This document shows positions 37,400-50,000 of a DNA stretch of 64,000 nucleotides, one piece after another. The position numbers were made by a program, and so were the translations under genes. The stretch covers positions 3,174,040-3,238,039 of the forward strand of contig SMSO01000035.1 in the NCBI GenBank assembly GCA_004764695.1. Reading direction: 5' to 3'. Source of the DNA: Schizochytrium sp. TIO01 (taxonomy: Eukaryota > Protista > Bigyra: Labyrinthulomycetes). The notes beneath the pieces were generated by a model. It saw only the letters and a program-made list of their open reading frames with translations, was not told the origin of the DNA and searched no databases. Numbering within the stretch: position 1 is the stretch's first letter; every line of letters starts with the position of its first letter.

Positions 37400-38309
37400 A
37401 TGGAAAAACAACGCTGCCAGCCCAGAAGAGCAAACTCTACCGCACCCATGGACCAGACGCCGGCCACGAAGGCGCTTGCGGATTCACCGAACACCTGCAA
37501 ACGACCACGGTCAGAATCCCTGGGCGGAGTCGGAGCAACTGCTAGAGCTGATGATCTGAAAGCAAATGGCGATGGTGGGGAAAGCGATGAAGGAACCTGC
37601 GCACCAAGAGCAAAGCGTCTTCTGCCGCACGTCTTAGGAAACTGGGCAACGACGGTGTTCTTGCCTGTAAATATATCTGAGGATGCTGTTGCAGAGGCCG
37701 AGGAAGTCTTGGAGGACGCGAGACCGCTAGCGAAAGGTGAGCGAATTTCGAAACCACATGTGAGCCTCTCGAGAACATTTGCATTACGAGAACATCAAAT
37801 TGAGGGCTTTGTGCGGGCAATTCAAGAGAAATTAGAACCCTTTAGAAAGTTCGAGATCTCTGCGAGATATTTGCGACTTTTCCGGAGCGAAAACCAATCG
37901 AGGATCTTTGCAGCTTTGCTCACGGATAGAGGGTCAGATCGCATTAAAAATATGATTCAAGCAGTTGATGAGGTTGTGGAGAGCTTTCAAGGTCCTCCAT
38001 ACTATGCAAACCCAATACCTCATATATCACTCGTGGCTGCTGTGGAAACGAGCAGCAAAATCATACGTGAAAGCAATTGTAGCAACGCCGAAGAAGGCAA
38101 AAGTGGTGTTATTTCTGAAATGACTGAAAATAAGCAAATCACAGACACACATGGCTTGCAAGCAAATCAAGAGTCCTCAATCGGTGGGAATGAAGACGAT
38201 CTCGCTTGCACTAAAGAAAGGCTACCCGGGCCGCCCCTTTGTAACCTTCGTACGTAACGTCGAGGTGCTGTCTGGCGATAAATACTATTCTTTCATATTA
38301 AAGGAATAG
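37400..38309 (+). CDS. USB1: U6 snRNA phosphodiesterase USB1/Mpn1 (2H family); +1 frameshift at ~38225-38240
   Basis: PHVLGNWATTVF, first 2H motif PHVSLSRTF, F..P.YY..P.PHISL second motif. The +1 frame continues VRNVEVLSGDKYYSFILKE*, which resembles the USB1 C-terminal strand. Confidence 0.88.
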
Positions 38310-38867
38310 TAATCAACTCATAGGATTATGCGAGAATTTGTATTTTCTTATAAATGGCAAAAATCCGTTCCCAATTTCTAAGTATTTCGAAAGCAACGAA
38401 TCGATGAAAGAAATAAAGGTTTTCATGAAAGGGAAAAGAAACAGGTGAAAGTTATGTGTCAAAGTCCAAGACTCAGTGAGACTTCACGACGTAGCAATCG
38501 CATTGCTTTAACTTAAATCTAAGATCTGTATTTATGTTACCTCTTGATGCACAATTGTATATGTATTTTTTTTTATTTTTTTTTTTAAGTGTGAAGCTAG
38601 AGAGCACCAAAGTAGATGGTGTGTATAAACGCTCGTACCAAAAAAATATGAGAACGGATGAACCGCGCGCTGACAGCATAACATGTAAGGTGCACTTGAT
38701 CAGAAGCCAAAGGTAAACTTCGGGTCGATTTCGCTTAGATATACTTCTCGACACGAGGAAAGCGGCAAGGTTCGCCAGTTGTTTACCTTTTCTTTTTAAA
38801 AGCGAAAGCGTAATAACAACAAAAGCAAGTCAGCAAGCTCGCTGATTCCAGCTGGTTCCTTTTGAAG

Positions 38868-38922
38868 AATACCTGCGCGGGCAGTGAGTTACAAATACCT
38901 GCGCGGGCAAAAAAGTTACAAA
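38868..38922 (+). repeat. Imperfect ~26-bp tandem duplication immediately 5' of ATG 38925
   Basis: aatacctgcgcgggca...gttacaa occurs twice (starts 38868 and 38894). Confidence 0.75.
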
Positions 38923-38924
38923 GA

Positions 38925-39821
38925 ATGTCGTTCAAAGGTTCCAAAGGAAAATCAAATCCGCCGATTCTTCGCGCCAAATCGCAGATTGGAGCAAAGTCGA
39001 TGCGAATGAATTTTACAACCTTGGAAAAGGCCATTCCTGATGCACCGGAGCACAAGGAACGGCGCGAAGCTAAACGAGAGGTGAAGCGCATGTCCAAGAA
39101 GGATGTTCTCGGGTTGCGCAAGACTCCATGGGAACAGTCTGTAAATACCACTTCAAAAGCTACAGAGAGGCAAAGCTGTCAGATTCCCAAACATGACCCC
39201 ACTTTATTTCAATATAATTATCGCGCAGAGGTACTCCCAAAGCCCAATATGCAATTTGTTTCCAAACCTGGGGCGCACGATTTTGACCATACAAAACTAT
39301 ACCCAGATTATACACCAGAACGATCAAGTATCCCCCCGGCCTCACGAGCCGGCGAGCTTGATGTACACCCGGATCTTATGAACAAAAAAAATTGGAATTC
39401 GTCCACTTATTTAGATCACAAATCACTTCGAGAAGAAGTTGAAGCCAGAAGTCTCCGTTGCATGCGAAATAGCCGTCAGAAGAATGCAATCATTGTCCGT
39501 GAAGGTTATGTAGGCCCTGTCGAAAGAGAAAAACTTCGTATGGAGCGCTTCCGTGCAGAACGAGAGGCTAAGCGAAACGGAACATGGCAAGAGCCTGCTG
39601 CACCTGCACCTGTCTCAAATAATGTGGATGATGGATATACTGCACCACCTCGTAAATCAAAATCAAGAAAGTATAAGGAGTATTATAACGACGGTGTGTA
39701 TGAGTATTCCAAAATTGCTGATGGTTACGTTTGGTCTTGCTCTATGAATCCTAATCCTGAGTTTAAAGGGTCTTGCTTCAAGATCCGCAACCCAGATGCT
39801 TGGAACTTTGCTAGTCCGTGA
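38925..39821 (+). CDS. Hypothetical basic protein (~298 aa)
   Basis: Long ATG-started ORF with conserved-looking W/P motifs (TPWEQS, WNSST, YVWSCSMN...SCF...PDAWNF). No family recognised. Confidence 0.75.
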   Translation: MSFKGSKGKSNPPILRAKSQIGAKSMRMNFTTLEKAIPDAPEHKERREAKREVKRMSKKDVLGLRKTPWEQSVNTTSKATERQSCQIPKHDPTLFQYNYRAEVLPKPNMQFVSKPGAHDFDHTKLYPDYTPERSSIPPASRAGELDVHPDLMNKKNWNSSTYLDHKSLREEVEARSLRCMRNSRQKNAIIVREGYVGPVEREKLRMERFRAEREAKRNGTWQEPAAPAPVSNNVDDGYTAPPRKSKSRKYKEYYNDGVYEYSKIADGYVWSCSMNPNPEFKGSCFKIRNPDAWNFASP

Positions 39822-40272
39822 TATACCTCGACATCACGATAGTTATTCATACACCATGAACTACAATTTCCCTCCGTTTCTATTTCCTAAATACATTTTA
39901 TACTATATACTATCCTTTTCTAACCCTCTTCTTTTCAAACAATAATTCATAGCTTTGGACGCAGCGGTTTGTGATTAAGCTGAAAAGATCATTCAAGGCA
40001 ATCAGTCACCAACCAAGCCGTATTGTTTCGGAAAACTATCCATTATTACCTCATCTCATGCATTTTGAGCCTGGAATGGGTTGATTGAATGATTTTTACA
40101 AAATAGAAAGTATAGTGAAATAATGAAGTGATGTCCTGAAGAGTAAAATATAGACTGAAAGATTTCTAATAAACTTTTTTCTTAAGAAATGACGTGGAAA
40201 ACAAATCCACAAAACACACATTTTAGAGACAAATAAGGATCGAACAATAAACCCTCCACAAGACTTGAACAT

Positions 40273-42789
40273 TTATAAATCTGGACTTCCTCGCCGAGTG
40301 TTGGTGGGGTTGCTATCTTCAGCTTCAGGAGCTGGACGCGTGATTGCACCGTTGTTTTGGCGTTGCCGACGCTGCCGAAACCAGTCCATCATATTCATGA
40401 CAGGATTGCCCAAAAAGGCACGACTTGCCTGCTGTTCACGGGTAAGCTGGTCGGATCCCTCACCGGCCTGGCGCAAACGATTATTTTCTACCGAGGTGGA
40501 AGTGTCAGAACCAGAAGAACTCATACGGTCTTGACCGTGAGCAAGGGCTCCATTACCTTGCGCTTCGAGATCGAGGGCACCAGCTGCTGTAGCAGTACCT
40601 TCGCCTTCTTCTGGGTTCTCAGCATCATCCTCCACCGGGCGACCCGTAACAACATGACATTTACAGAGAGGGCAGTTACCTTTGCGAAGAAGCCATGGGT
40701 CAATGCATTCATCATGATACCAATGTTTGCAAGGGAGCTCACGCAGGATTTCGTCTTGCTCATAAGGCAGAAGACAGATAGCACACACATCGCCCTCGTC
40801 GTCATTGGCATAGAAACTCTTAGGGTCAAACTGCTTTACGGGTACTGTTGCAGCAGCAGCACTTGCCCCGGTCACTCCAGACTCCACAGTGACTACAACG
40901 TCCCCTTCTTTGGTATCAGCGGCTTGGGATTTTCCATCTTGTTGTGCCACGTTAGAAGTATCGACAAGGGCCTCCCTCTCAGATCCCACACTTTCATTCA
41001 TCGCTTGGCGCGGGTGAAAGTAAGTTTGTTCTTCGACAGGCACCTCTCCGAGGTCCTCATACGAGACATTGCCCTCTTCATCAGTTAGCCGCTTCACATA
41101 CATATGCTTTCCATCCTCATCATACCTAATGAGGGGGAGTGCATCAATAACTTCCTGTGAAACACCAGGGTTCTTACGCATCTCTACCATACCCATTTGG
41201 TTACGGCGGGAGCGATGACGAAACATGATGAATATCGTGATAAGCAAGAATATACAAGCTGCAATGAGAACGTATTGAATAGCCGCAAGACCCATAGACG
41301 AAGTGCTAGCGTTTTCGTAGTCCAGTGCATCAAAAAAGCTGCCCTTCTCAACCATAGTCCAACCATCTAGCTCATACAGAGTTGTGTAGCCTGAAACATT
41401 TCGAATGACAACTAGGTTTGAGCCCCTGTTAATGCCCACAGCGTTCAATTGATCGCCTGGAAACTGCGAAACAAATCCACACCACGCATATGACTTGCGT
41501 CGCTGCGAGCACCCAATCGAATAGGCAAGCGAGGAGGCACTGCTAATCTGTGTGAGCGCGACATAGTCCACCGTGGATCTGGATGCCACACCATCAACCT
41601 CATCATCTCGAACTCCTCCATATGTATAAAAGATTGACGTTGAAGCACGCGCCGCTAGATGCCCAGCACGAGAAATCGCACTTGACTGTGTGACAGTTAC
41701 TGCCCGATCTGTCTGCTCACTGGCTGTTGTCTTGCCTGCTGCTTCGAGAGCAAGTGCAGTGAGGTTGAAGTACACAAGGTCACTTTGAATATACGCCGCT
41801 GTAGGTCGGGAATAACCACCGTGTACGGCCCAAATCTCGTTCGTCATCTTTACGTGCGCGTAATCAAAGCGTGCAGAGAGACCAGATGATGATAAGGTCG
41901 TCCATACGCCGACTGGAGCCTCGTCAGCCGTAGTAGCCGTATCGTTGAGTGACAAACACCAGATTCCACTTTGCACCGCGGCGCTCTCTGAAATACCATT
42001 GGCACCACCGTAAAGGATCATGCGATTGTCGATACCTGTGGCACCAGATTGGTAGCGGCCGTACACAGTATCTCCTTCAAGGTCCACTTCAAAGACGTTG
42101 ACCATGCCATCATTTTCAACTTCCACTGACCATACGCTGGTGTCACTAGCATAGTTTTGACGCGTTTGCGAGTCTGGCACGCCACCGTGAATAAGGAATC
42201 GGCAGGACTCAGGGCGATCTGGGTGTGGGTCGACGTTTGCAATCACAGCACCCCAACGCGCGTCCACGACGCTCGAGGTGGCATTTGACCAGTCCACGAA
42301 TTTGCTGCTTCCAAACTCGTAAATGTACAGGCTATTCTTTGCCAGACCAGAGCTGTCATGGCCGCCAAAGATGACCATAATATCCTGCGAGTCACAATAT
42401 GCCGCGGCAGGGTAAGACAGCGCCTCGGGGGTATCCCCAAGCCTCGCGAGTTGTGACCAGAACTCCACGCCAAGCAGTGAGAACTCCGAGTACAACAGAA
42501 ACAACGCCAACACAATGAGTGCCATCACCACCACCCACATGCATCGGCCTAGTCGTCGTCCTGCCACCATTTGCACAGCATGTTGCATCCGCGCACGTCG
42601 TCTCGCGTGGTTATCCTGAGCCTGTGCATTTGCCTGGATATCCTGGCCCGCGTTGGCATCCTGTGAGTTCTGTTCTGTCTGGAGCGCTTGCCCCTGTAAG
42701 CCCTCCTGCGCCTGCCGCCCTTCTTGGGCCTGGGACTCTTCTTGGGCAGAAGGCGTCTCCGCGCCTGGGGACCTTCTGAAGAGGTTCAT
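40273..42789 (-). CDS. Membrane E3 ubiquitin ligase: TM + Kelch-repeat ectodomain + TM + RING-H2 (838 aa)
   Basis: TM1 MWVVVMALIVLALFLLY; Kelch GG repeats (IFGGH, IHGGV, LYGGA, VHGGY, TYGGV); TM2 LAAIQYVLIAACIFLLITIFIMF followed by RHRSRR; GV...IDALP motif; RING-H2 CAIC...LPCKHWYHDECIDPWL...CPLC. Confidence 0.9.
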   Translation of the reverse strand: MNLFRRSPGAETPSAQEESQAQEGRQAQEGLQGQALQTEQNSQDANAGQDIQANAQAQDNHARRRARMQHAVQMVAGRRLGRCMWVVVMALIVLALFLLYSEFSLLGVEFWSQLARLGDTPEALSYPAAAYCDSQDIMVIFGGHDSSGLAKNSLYIYEFGSSKFVDWSNATSSVVDARWGAVIANVDPHPDRPESCRFLIHGGVPDSQTRQNYASDTSVWSVEVENDGMVNVFEVDLEGDTVYGRYQSGATGIDNRMILYGGANGISESAAVQSGIWCLSLNDTATTADEAPVGVWTTLSSSGLSARFDYAHVKMTNEIWAVHGGYSRPTAAYIQSDLVYFNLTALALEAAGKTTASEQTDRAVTVTQSSAISRAGHLAARASTSIFYTYGGVRDDEVDGVASRSTVDYVALTQISSASSLAYSIGCSQRRKSYAWCGFVSQFPGDQLNAVGINRGSNLVVIRNVSGYTTLYELDGWTMVEKGSFFDALDYENASTSSMGLAAIQYVLIAACIFLLITIFIMFRHRSRRNQMGMVEMRKNPGVSQEVIDALPLIRYDEDGKHMYVKRLTDEEGNVSYEDLGEVPVEEQTYFHPRQAMNESVGSEREALVDTSNVAQQDGKSQAADTKEGDVVVTVESGVTGASAAAATVPVKQFDPKSFYANDDEGDVCAICLLPYEQDEILRELPCKHWYHDECIDPWLLRKGNCPLCKCHVVTGRPVEDDAENPEEGEGTATAAGALDLEAQGNGALAHGQDRMSSSGSDTSTSVENNRLRQAGEGSDQLTREQQASRAFLGNPVMNMMDWFRQRRQRQNNGAITRPAPEAEDSNPTNTRRGSPDL

Positions 42790-43816
42790 CAGGGCTTAAG
42801 GAAATTTGCTCGAGGTCCCTTTCCTAGCCAGAAGCCGCGAGAGATGTTGTCTCGCAGACTGATTTGCGCTCAGCTGGACGGCCGGTGGGGAGGACTGCGA
42901 AGAGCGAACGAAAGAGTGAGTGGGAAAGAGTGAGTGAGTGCCAATTTGATTGATCAGATGGAATCAATCAAAGCAACCAATCAATCGAACGATCGATCGA
43001 TCAACGCAGAGGCTCCGGGACCCTGCTCTGCGAGAAAACAGCACCGACGAGCCGCCTCCCTCCGAGGCTTCGAGCCGGCCTCAGCCGCCTCCTGCCTGCG
43101 ATCGACCGCGGCCCGGCACAAGGGCCTTTTCTGGCTTTGGTGTCGTCCTGGGAACCTCTCAAAAACACTCAACAACAAAATTTCGATACTTAAAAAAGGA
43201 AAGTAAGAAAGAAAGAAACTAACATGAATGAAAAAAGTTTTTTCTTTTTTCTTTTTCTTTCTCTTTTTCTTTTTCTTTTTTCCTTGTTGTATAAGAAACA
43301 AGTTATTCCAAGTTTTTTACTTTTTCACAGCAGAAGTGATCACAAGTGATCACACAGAAGAAGGAAAGCAAGCCAAGCAAACCCACCGAAAACACCAAGC
43401 AAGCAAGGCAGCTTCAAACCCTCCGTTGCAAAGGATCGCCACCCCCAACACCCAGATCGTCGTAGTCGAAGAACTTCTTGACCCTCTTGAATCCTCAAGC
43501 TCCTGTTGTTAGTTAGTTAGTCGAAACCTGTTCGTATTACAGAGCTCTAATCCCCGCATAAGTGACTCCTAATCTATCGTGAAGCAAGAGGTTTCCACTT
43601 CTTTCCCAAAGTTTTTGCAAACAAACATCATTGCAATTCAATCAACTCTGTTCGTTCAACTCCAATCAGCTCAGCCCAACTTAAGCTATGGAACCGAATG
43701 GTCTGGTCTCGCCTCGTCCCAGGACGGCGCTGCAGAGGCCTCCACAAGCTGGCACCCAGCTGTGGCTACAGTCTGGCTCAGGCGTGCGCGAGAGCTGGCG
43801 GCGATCGTGACGCATT

Positions 43817-43920
43817 TATTCATTCATTCATTCATTCATTCATTCATTCATTCTTTTATTGATTGATTCATTTTCATTCATTCATTCACTCATTCTTTTA
43901 TTGATTTATTTGTTTTCATT
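43817..43920. repeat. (TTCA)n microsatellite, degenerate
   Basis: Directly visible. Confidence 0.85.
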
Positions 43921-46900
43921 TATAGCAACCTCAAAGAACAGGATTCACAAATCAACGACAACCAATTGGAGGACCTCTCAATGGACGCAAAGCTCGACCC
44001 GCAAAGCTTGACCCGAGGAGGACTCGGCGCTGCAGCGCCTCAGCACCCGTCAAGAGAAGAGGTTTAGTTTACCAGTCTGCCAGGAGTGAAGGAAGGCTCG
44101 CTTCTCAAGGTTCAGGTTGGCACTGTAGAAGCAGCCTCGAAGTGGCGAACTCTCATGAACGAGTGTACTCTGCAATAACTGAGATTGCACTCTTCGCGAG
44201 CTTGGAAAACGCCAATGCCAACTCCAATGCCAACACCAGTGCTGCCAAACCTCGAGATTCTGAGCAGCCTCGCGCTCGATGAAGAAGCACCAAGCCCAAG
44301 GTGAAGAAGAAGAAGAAGTCACACATTTGTTTGGCGATCGATCGGTGACATGGGCAGTGAATTGACGTGCCAAAAGCAAGCTTATTCAGGAGACAGGGAT
44401 TCGTCCCGAACTCAGGGTTGACTTTGGATTGTTTGCTTGCTTGGTTGCTTGCTTGCTTGGTCTCTTGATGGATTCATGCTCGTGCGAAGCAATCCAATCG
44501 CCCAGGCATCGTTGGCCTTTGCGCACAACCATACATACATACATATACACACATACACACGTGCAACGGTAGACACGAATCAATGCTCGATTCCCGACTG
44601 TGCGAAGGGACGAATTAATTCGTGGATCATCCATCAGCAGCGATAATTTGGGGTTCACGGACACCGGAAATCTTGGTCGTTCGGCAAAGCTTTGTCCTTT
44701 CTGGAGCATGCAAAGCCACAGCTGCATCTGAAGATATGGAGCTGACTGCCAACTTCAATTGTGCACTGGTATCCGGGCCTTCTAAAGATGAAGCTCGCTT
44801 GGCCTGGGCTTGTTTTCCCGGCAGAGTCGCGCCGAAAGCAAACAGTCCTGAGTGAGGGCATCCATGCAGTAGTCCGTGAAGAACTTGAAGACCACTCGAA
44901 GTCATGGCAATCGTTTTGTTGCACCCTAACTAATTTGCTTTATTATTATTGTTATTGTTATTGTTATTATTGTTAATTTCTAACTTTTTATTTAATTGTA
45001 AAATTAATTAAAATTAACTTGAAAATTGAATATATGTGATATAATATGAAGAAGATCATCAATATAACAGGAAACATGAACAGGAAATGCAATTAAACAG
45101 CTTTGGGCCTTTCCAAGTTTATAGCCTATGCAGTACCTACCTTTTGCGTTAAAGGACACACGTGCCTCCTCAGTTCAGAGCTCTTTGCCGGCTGAAGCAG
45201 CGATTAGGAATAATCTAAACATACCCACCTACACAGTAGCACGCATAATGAAGGGTAGAATTGGCACTCCTTTCCGTGAATTAGTCAATTTTGGCATTTT
45301 ACTGATAAATGTTTATACCTAAGTAACAGTTAGGTAAGCTAGCAGTTGACTTTGTTGTGTCTAACCAATTCGCTGGCCTGGCTTTTGATCCATTTCAAGC
45401 TTCGTGTCTCTTTCAGGATCACAAATCGCTGCCAACTGCATGTCGTTTAGACCTGGAGTGCAAATCACTCGGGAGCGGCATTAAAGGCGGCGTGGCTGGC
45501 TTGAGAACCGTGAGTTAGCAGATTCTTTCCATATTATATATTTTTTTGTCTTACTTGTCTTTAGTACTTTTGTAGTTCTCGATATAGGAGTACTCAAGTT
45601 CACAAAAGAACTTTTCTTTCAACTTTTGCAAAATGTTGTGGGGTCTTTTAATGGGCAAAATAAACTTTATTGTGTAGATAACATTGATAAATTCGCGCTG
45701 TGCTCGGCAATCTTGTTCTCCGCGCGCTCGCAGGCGCTTCAGGCGTTGGGCTTTGCTCATAGCTGGCGCAGACCCTCCCTAAGGCACATTCCCAGCCTCA
45801 ATCGCCCAGGCTAGCCATAAATCCACTCCGTGGTGCGAGATATCGTGCGACTTGAGTCGTTCATTCAGTGAAATAGCATTCAACTTAATTTGCTCTTCGA
45901 CCTAAGCTCTCCTTGCAAGGTTTAGGCAGGCCTGTGTAAATCCCAGGCTTTGCAGGTGCCCGCTCGTACGAGGGAGCTAGTGGGACGGTGCACAGCTTTG
46001 CTACAGACAAAGTCTCTGATTTTGTCAAGTGGACTTTTGAGGTGAGCGAGGGATTTGCGATTCCGTAGCTCGCCTCACGTGCTTTGCCTGTTCACAGTTG
46101 CCACACCGGCGCCGCCAATAGACCTCCTTGAGGCTAACTATCGAGTCCAATCAGGATTTCGACCCCATCAGAAGCCAATTCCTCTGCAAGGCCAAGCTTG
46201 CTTCTTCGCAATTCCTTCGCCACAATCGATATCTCCTGAATCTAGCTAGGACTTCCTCAAACAACCAATATACTTCTGCAAAATATCAAAGCAAATTATT
46301 ATTCCAGGTGGGCCAAAACATTGCATGCTGCGGTGCGTACCTACTCGGCACCTCTGGTTGAGCGCGGGCTGCTGACGTGCGTGCGTGCTGAAGACCACAT
46401 TAAAGATTGCAATCGCCAGGGACTTACAGCCGCCGTAAGTAATAGCAGCTACACGGTGTGCGCAAACGCAGACGAATCTTGCTTGGCACCCTAGAAGGTG
46501 CACGCGCTGCATCTGAGAGACGCGCATCTCCAAAGCGATCCAGTGGCACGTGCATGAAACCAGGTCTGGAAAGGACTTTAAATTGGTTGTCGTCGCAACC
46601 CTAGTTCTGGGGTGGACACAAGAAAGCCCCGAGCGAAGATAGTTAGGACAGGGTGGAGATTGCCGTAAAGAGATTTTTGGCGTCGGTGGGTTTTCTCACC
46701 CTCGGGTAGTTCTTTCGCTCTTGTTTCATGCCAACGTGTGAGGAGAATCTGCTGCGCGAATACTTGAGGAGGTGGAGATAATAGCGACAGAAGTATTAGA
46801 AGTAGGTGTAAAAGAAGTGATAGAATAGATCGGCGGAGTGGAATCAGGACGTCGTGGAATTGAGTGAGTGCTTGTAGGCGTCGGTGTCTACTGTGGAATT

Positions 46901-47000
46901 TTAAGGCATAGAGTACAGGTATATTAGTAGACTTCGAGACTCATTAGTGCTGAGGCTAACAGTGCACTTTGCTTGCTCCTAAAAGGTGATCTGAGTGTCA

Positions 47001-50000
47001 ATGAAAATGACCGAGAATGATGAATTACGTGACACCCATTCATCATCACCATCAATAACATCATCATCTTCATCATCTTGGCAAAAACGGGAAGGTAAAG
47101 GTCGAGCAAGGTTTGAATTTGTTGCTAAGGGAAAGTACCAGATTTCTCTTGAGGCTGGTGACTTAGTCAGCGTACAAGAGTTTTCTAGCGGATGGTTTAA
47201 AGGAGTGCAAATGCGGACAGGTCAACGAGGCATATTTCCTGCAGCTTTTATCGAGCTATTTGATGGACAACAGCCTGGGAATAGCGATAGTGACCCCAAA
47301 GATGATGACTTATGTCTTGAGGTGGATAAAGTCCTGCGAGAATGGTCCAGGGAACTTACGACTGCAGATCACCCGACACAATATGAGGCTCTTCAAGACA
47401 AAATTGCTATTTTAGCTGACTGGCGACGCCTTATTACCAATTCATCCTTGCCCAAAGACGTTGCCTTGTTGCTTCGAGCTAGTGTAGTAAATGTTCTGGA
47501 ATCAAACCTTCAAAGTTCAAATCATAAACTAATAGTGCCTCGAAATCGTGATGGCCAAGTGGTCACAACACTTAACACGCCCCTTATTGAGGTTTTTACA
47601 TTACACAAGAACGTCCAGCTCTCCATGGACCGCGAGTATCAACTTCCATCTCGTCTTTCTGATCTTCATAGATTGAAAGATGAAAACCCCCAATCGGCTC
47701 AGATTATTAACCTTTTACGACGCCTTCAACGAATTGAAGAAGGGAAGGACTTAGATGCATCAGCAGTGATTTCAAACGAATCTCATTCTAGCAACGCATC
47801 TCAAATAATCTCACAAGGTGGCGCAATACAGGAAAAGCTCGATTTAAAGCTGCATTCACAATTTTATGACTTGCGTGTCTCAGTCCGCAATGTGGAAATC
47901 TCTACCTCGCAAACCCTTTGCTTTTATTTCTCTCTTTATAACTCGCATACCTACGAACAGCTATCAGAAGATTTTCTCGTTCAGCTTGAAGCCGATAGCG
48001 GTTTGCATGGGTCTCGGCAATCCCGATTTATCCGTATCCCTCGTGAGCTACTGACTACCTCGTTTACGATCGTTTGCAAAATTGTACGGCAGGGACCACT
48101 GCAAACCTCAGGGAGCAGCAGCACGCACTCAAAGAATAAACTAGTATCCCCTATCCCAACTGAACTGGGCAGGCAGCATACTGATGCTTTTCGCCGACCC
48201 TATGCAGTTGCTGTGTGGGGAGGCCCGTGTTTTCTCAACACTTTAGCTTCAGAAAAGCAAGAGGCATTGGAAAGTAAGTGCAACTATATCTGGTTTGCCA
48301 ATAGCCGAGAGGATTTCTTAGAAACCAAGTTGCGAGAGCTGCTACGGCAACTAAATTCCATGGATGTCCAGCGATCAGGCGTAGGCCAGTCAAACAGCAA
48401 CAACAGCCATGTGAGTAGTGGTTTAATCACTCTTCGCTTGCAGCTTGAACAGCATGAGCCGGCTATTCTACATGACCCACAAAGTGTTCTGATGATACAA
48501 ATGGACCCTTTAGTCTCACCGTTGAGTGTGCGCAATGATGTTTACGTTCGCCTATGCCATGGTGTCTTTCAACAAGATCGAAAAAGGTCTGCACGGAACA
48601 TAGAAGTGCGAGTGCATGTTGTCTACAATGATGATGCAACTATTGCCCCTGCCATGATTGGACGCCAGCGTGCAGCACTTGGCTCGACATACCGATCAAC
48701 TATTTATTATCATGAAAACTCACCTCATTTTGAAGAACAACTACTCGTCCGTTTGCCTGCACTGGAGACACCTAAGGCTATACATCTCTTGTTCATATTT
48801 TCTCATGTGTCAACCACTGCTGGAAAATCTCATCCCTTTTCATATAGCTTTTTGCCACTCTATACAAAAAGCGGCGGCATCCTTCCCAACGGAGAAGTTC
48901 AACTGAAGTGTTACAAACCGCTGCCAGGGATGGGGCCTGCAGACACAAAACTTCCTGATACTCGCTACCTGATGCTTCAACCTATCCTTGCAAAAGGTAC
49001 AACACCCACAGCGGAGCCAAATATGAGACCAAAAGAACATTTCACTGTGGAAATTAAGGTGTGCTCATCTGAGGAACCGCAGAATCCTAATCTTGCAGCA
49101 TTCCTGAAACTTTGTCAAGATTCTTGGCTCGGACGAAAGCGCGTGTCCATGGAAGCGCTTCTTAACTTTGCAATCCATGAAATGGATATTAATGAAGCGC
49201 TACAACACATGCGCGGTTTTCTTGATGGAGTCTTTCGCACCATGGATGTCATGGAAGACGACAGTATTGTACAGAGCGCATTCATGGTGCTAGTCTCGTT
49301 TTTGTCTCGGGCGGCAGCTGCCCTGGGACCTACAGATTTTCGGCGGCGGTTCGAACTATATGTAACCCAACATTTCGTCGAACAAAAATTTACGCCCCGT
49401 GTTTATATTGCGTTACTTGGTAACCTTCGCTTGTGGATTGAAACATCCCCATTATTACAAACTGAGACAAGTACCCAGCAGGCTGGAGATTCCACACCCC
49501 AACTTCCTACAGAAAGTGGAGATGAGATTAGTAATGACATTGACCAGCGCGATACTACTCTAGGAAGCTTACGCCAGAGAGCCATGAGCATGGACTCGCA
49601 GGAGAGCGGTTCAGTCTTGCGATGCTTGGCATATTTATGCAGGCTTATTAGTATATCTCGTCGTTGTGCTGAGAAGCAAGAAAAACTTTCTGGCTCCAAG
49701 ATGACAACTTTTCAACAACATTTCCTTGACATTTTCTATTTACTTGATGATATGGCTGCGGCCAAAATCACAACACAAATGTCGTTGGAGTATCAGCGCC
49801 TTGTTCATGGCATTCAGAGAGATGCAATGATCGGTATGGCCCAGGTTATGGAGTTTGGTCTTGTAGATACTGTTGTTGACACCGATACTATGAGTGAGAT
49901 TGCGCGTGGCTTCCTAGATTCTTTGCACCAAGTCTCTGCAAATCTTCGCCTCGATAAATTGACATTTTTGCAAAGTTTGTGTAGTTCACAACTTTTGATG

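Noticed and set aside
46043-46076. Hairpin-like GC segment as a possible tRNA/ncRNA
   Set aside because: No cloverleaf, T-loop or D-loop consensus could be built.
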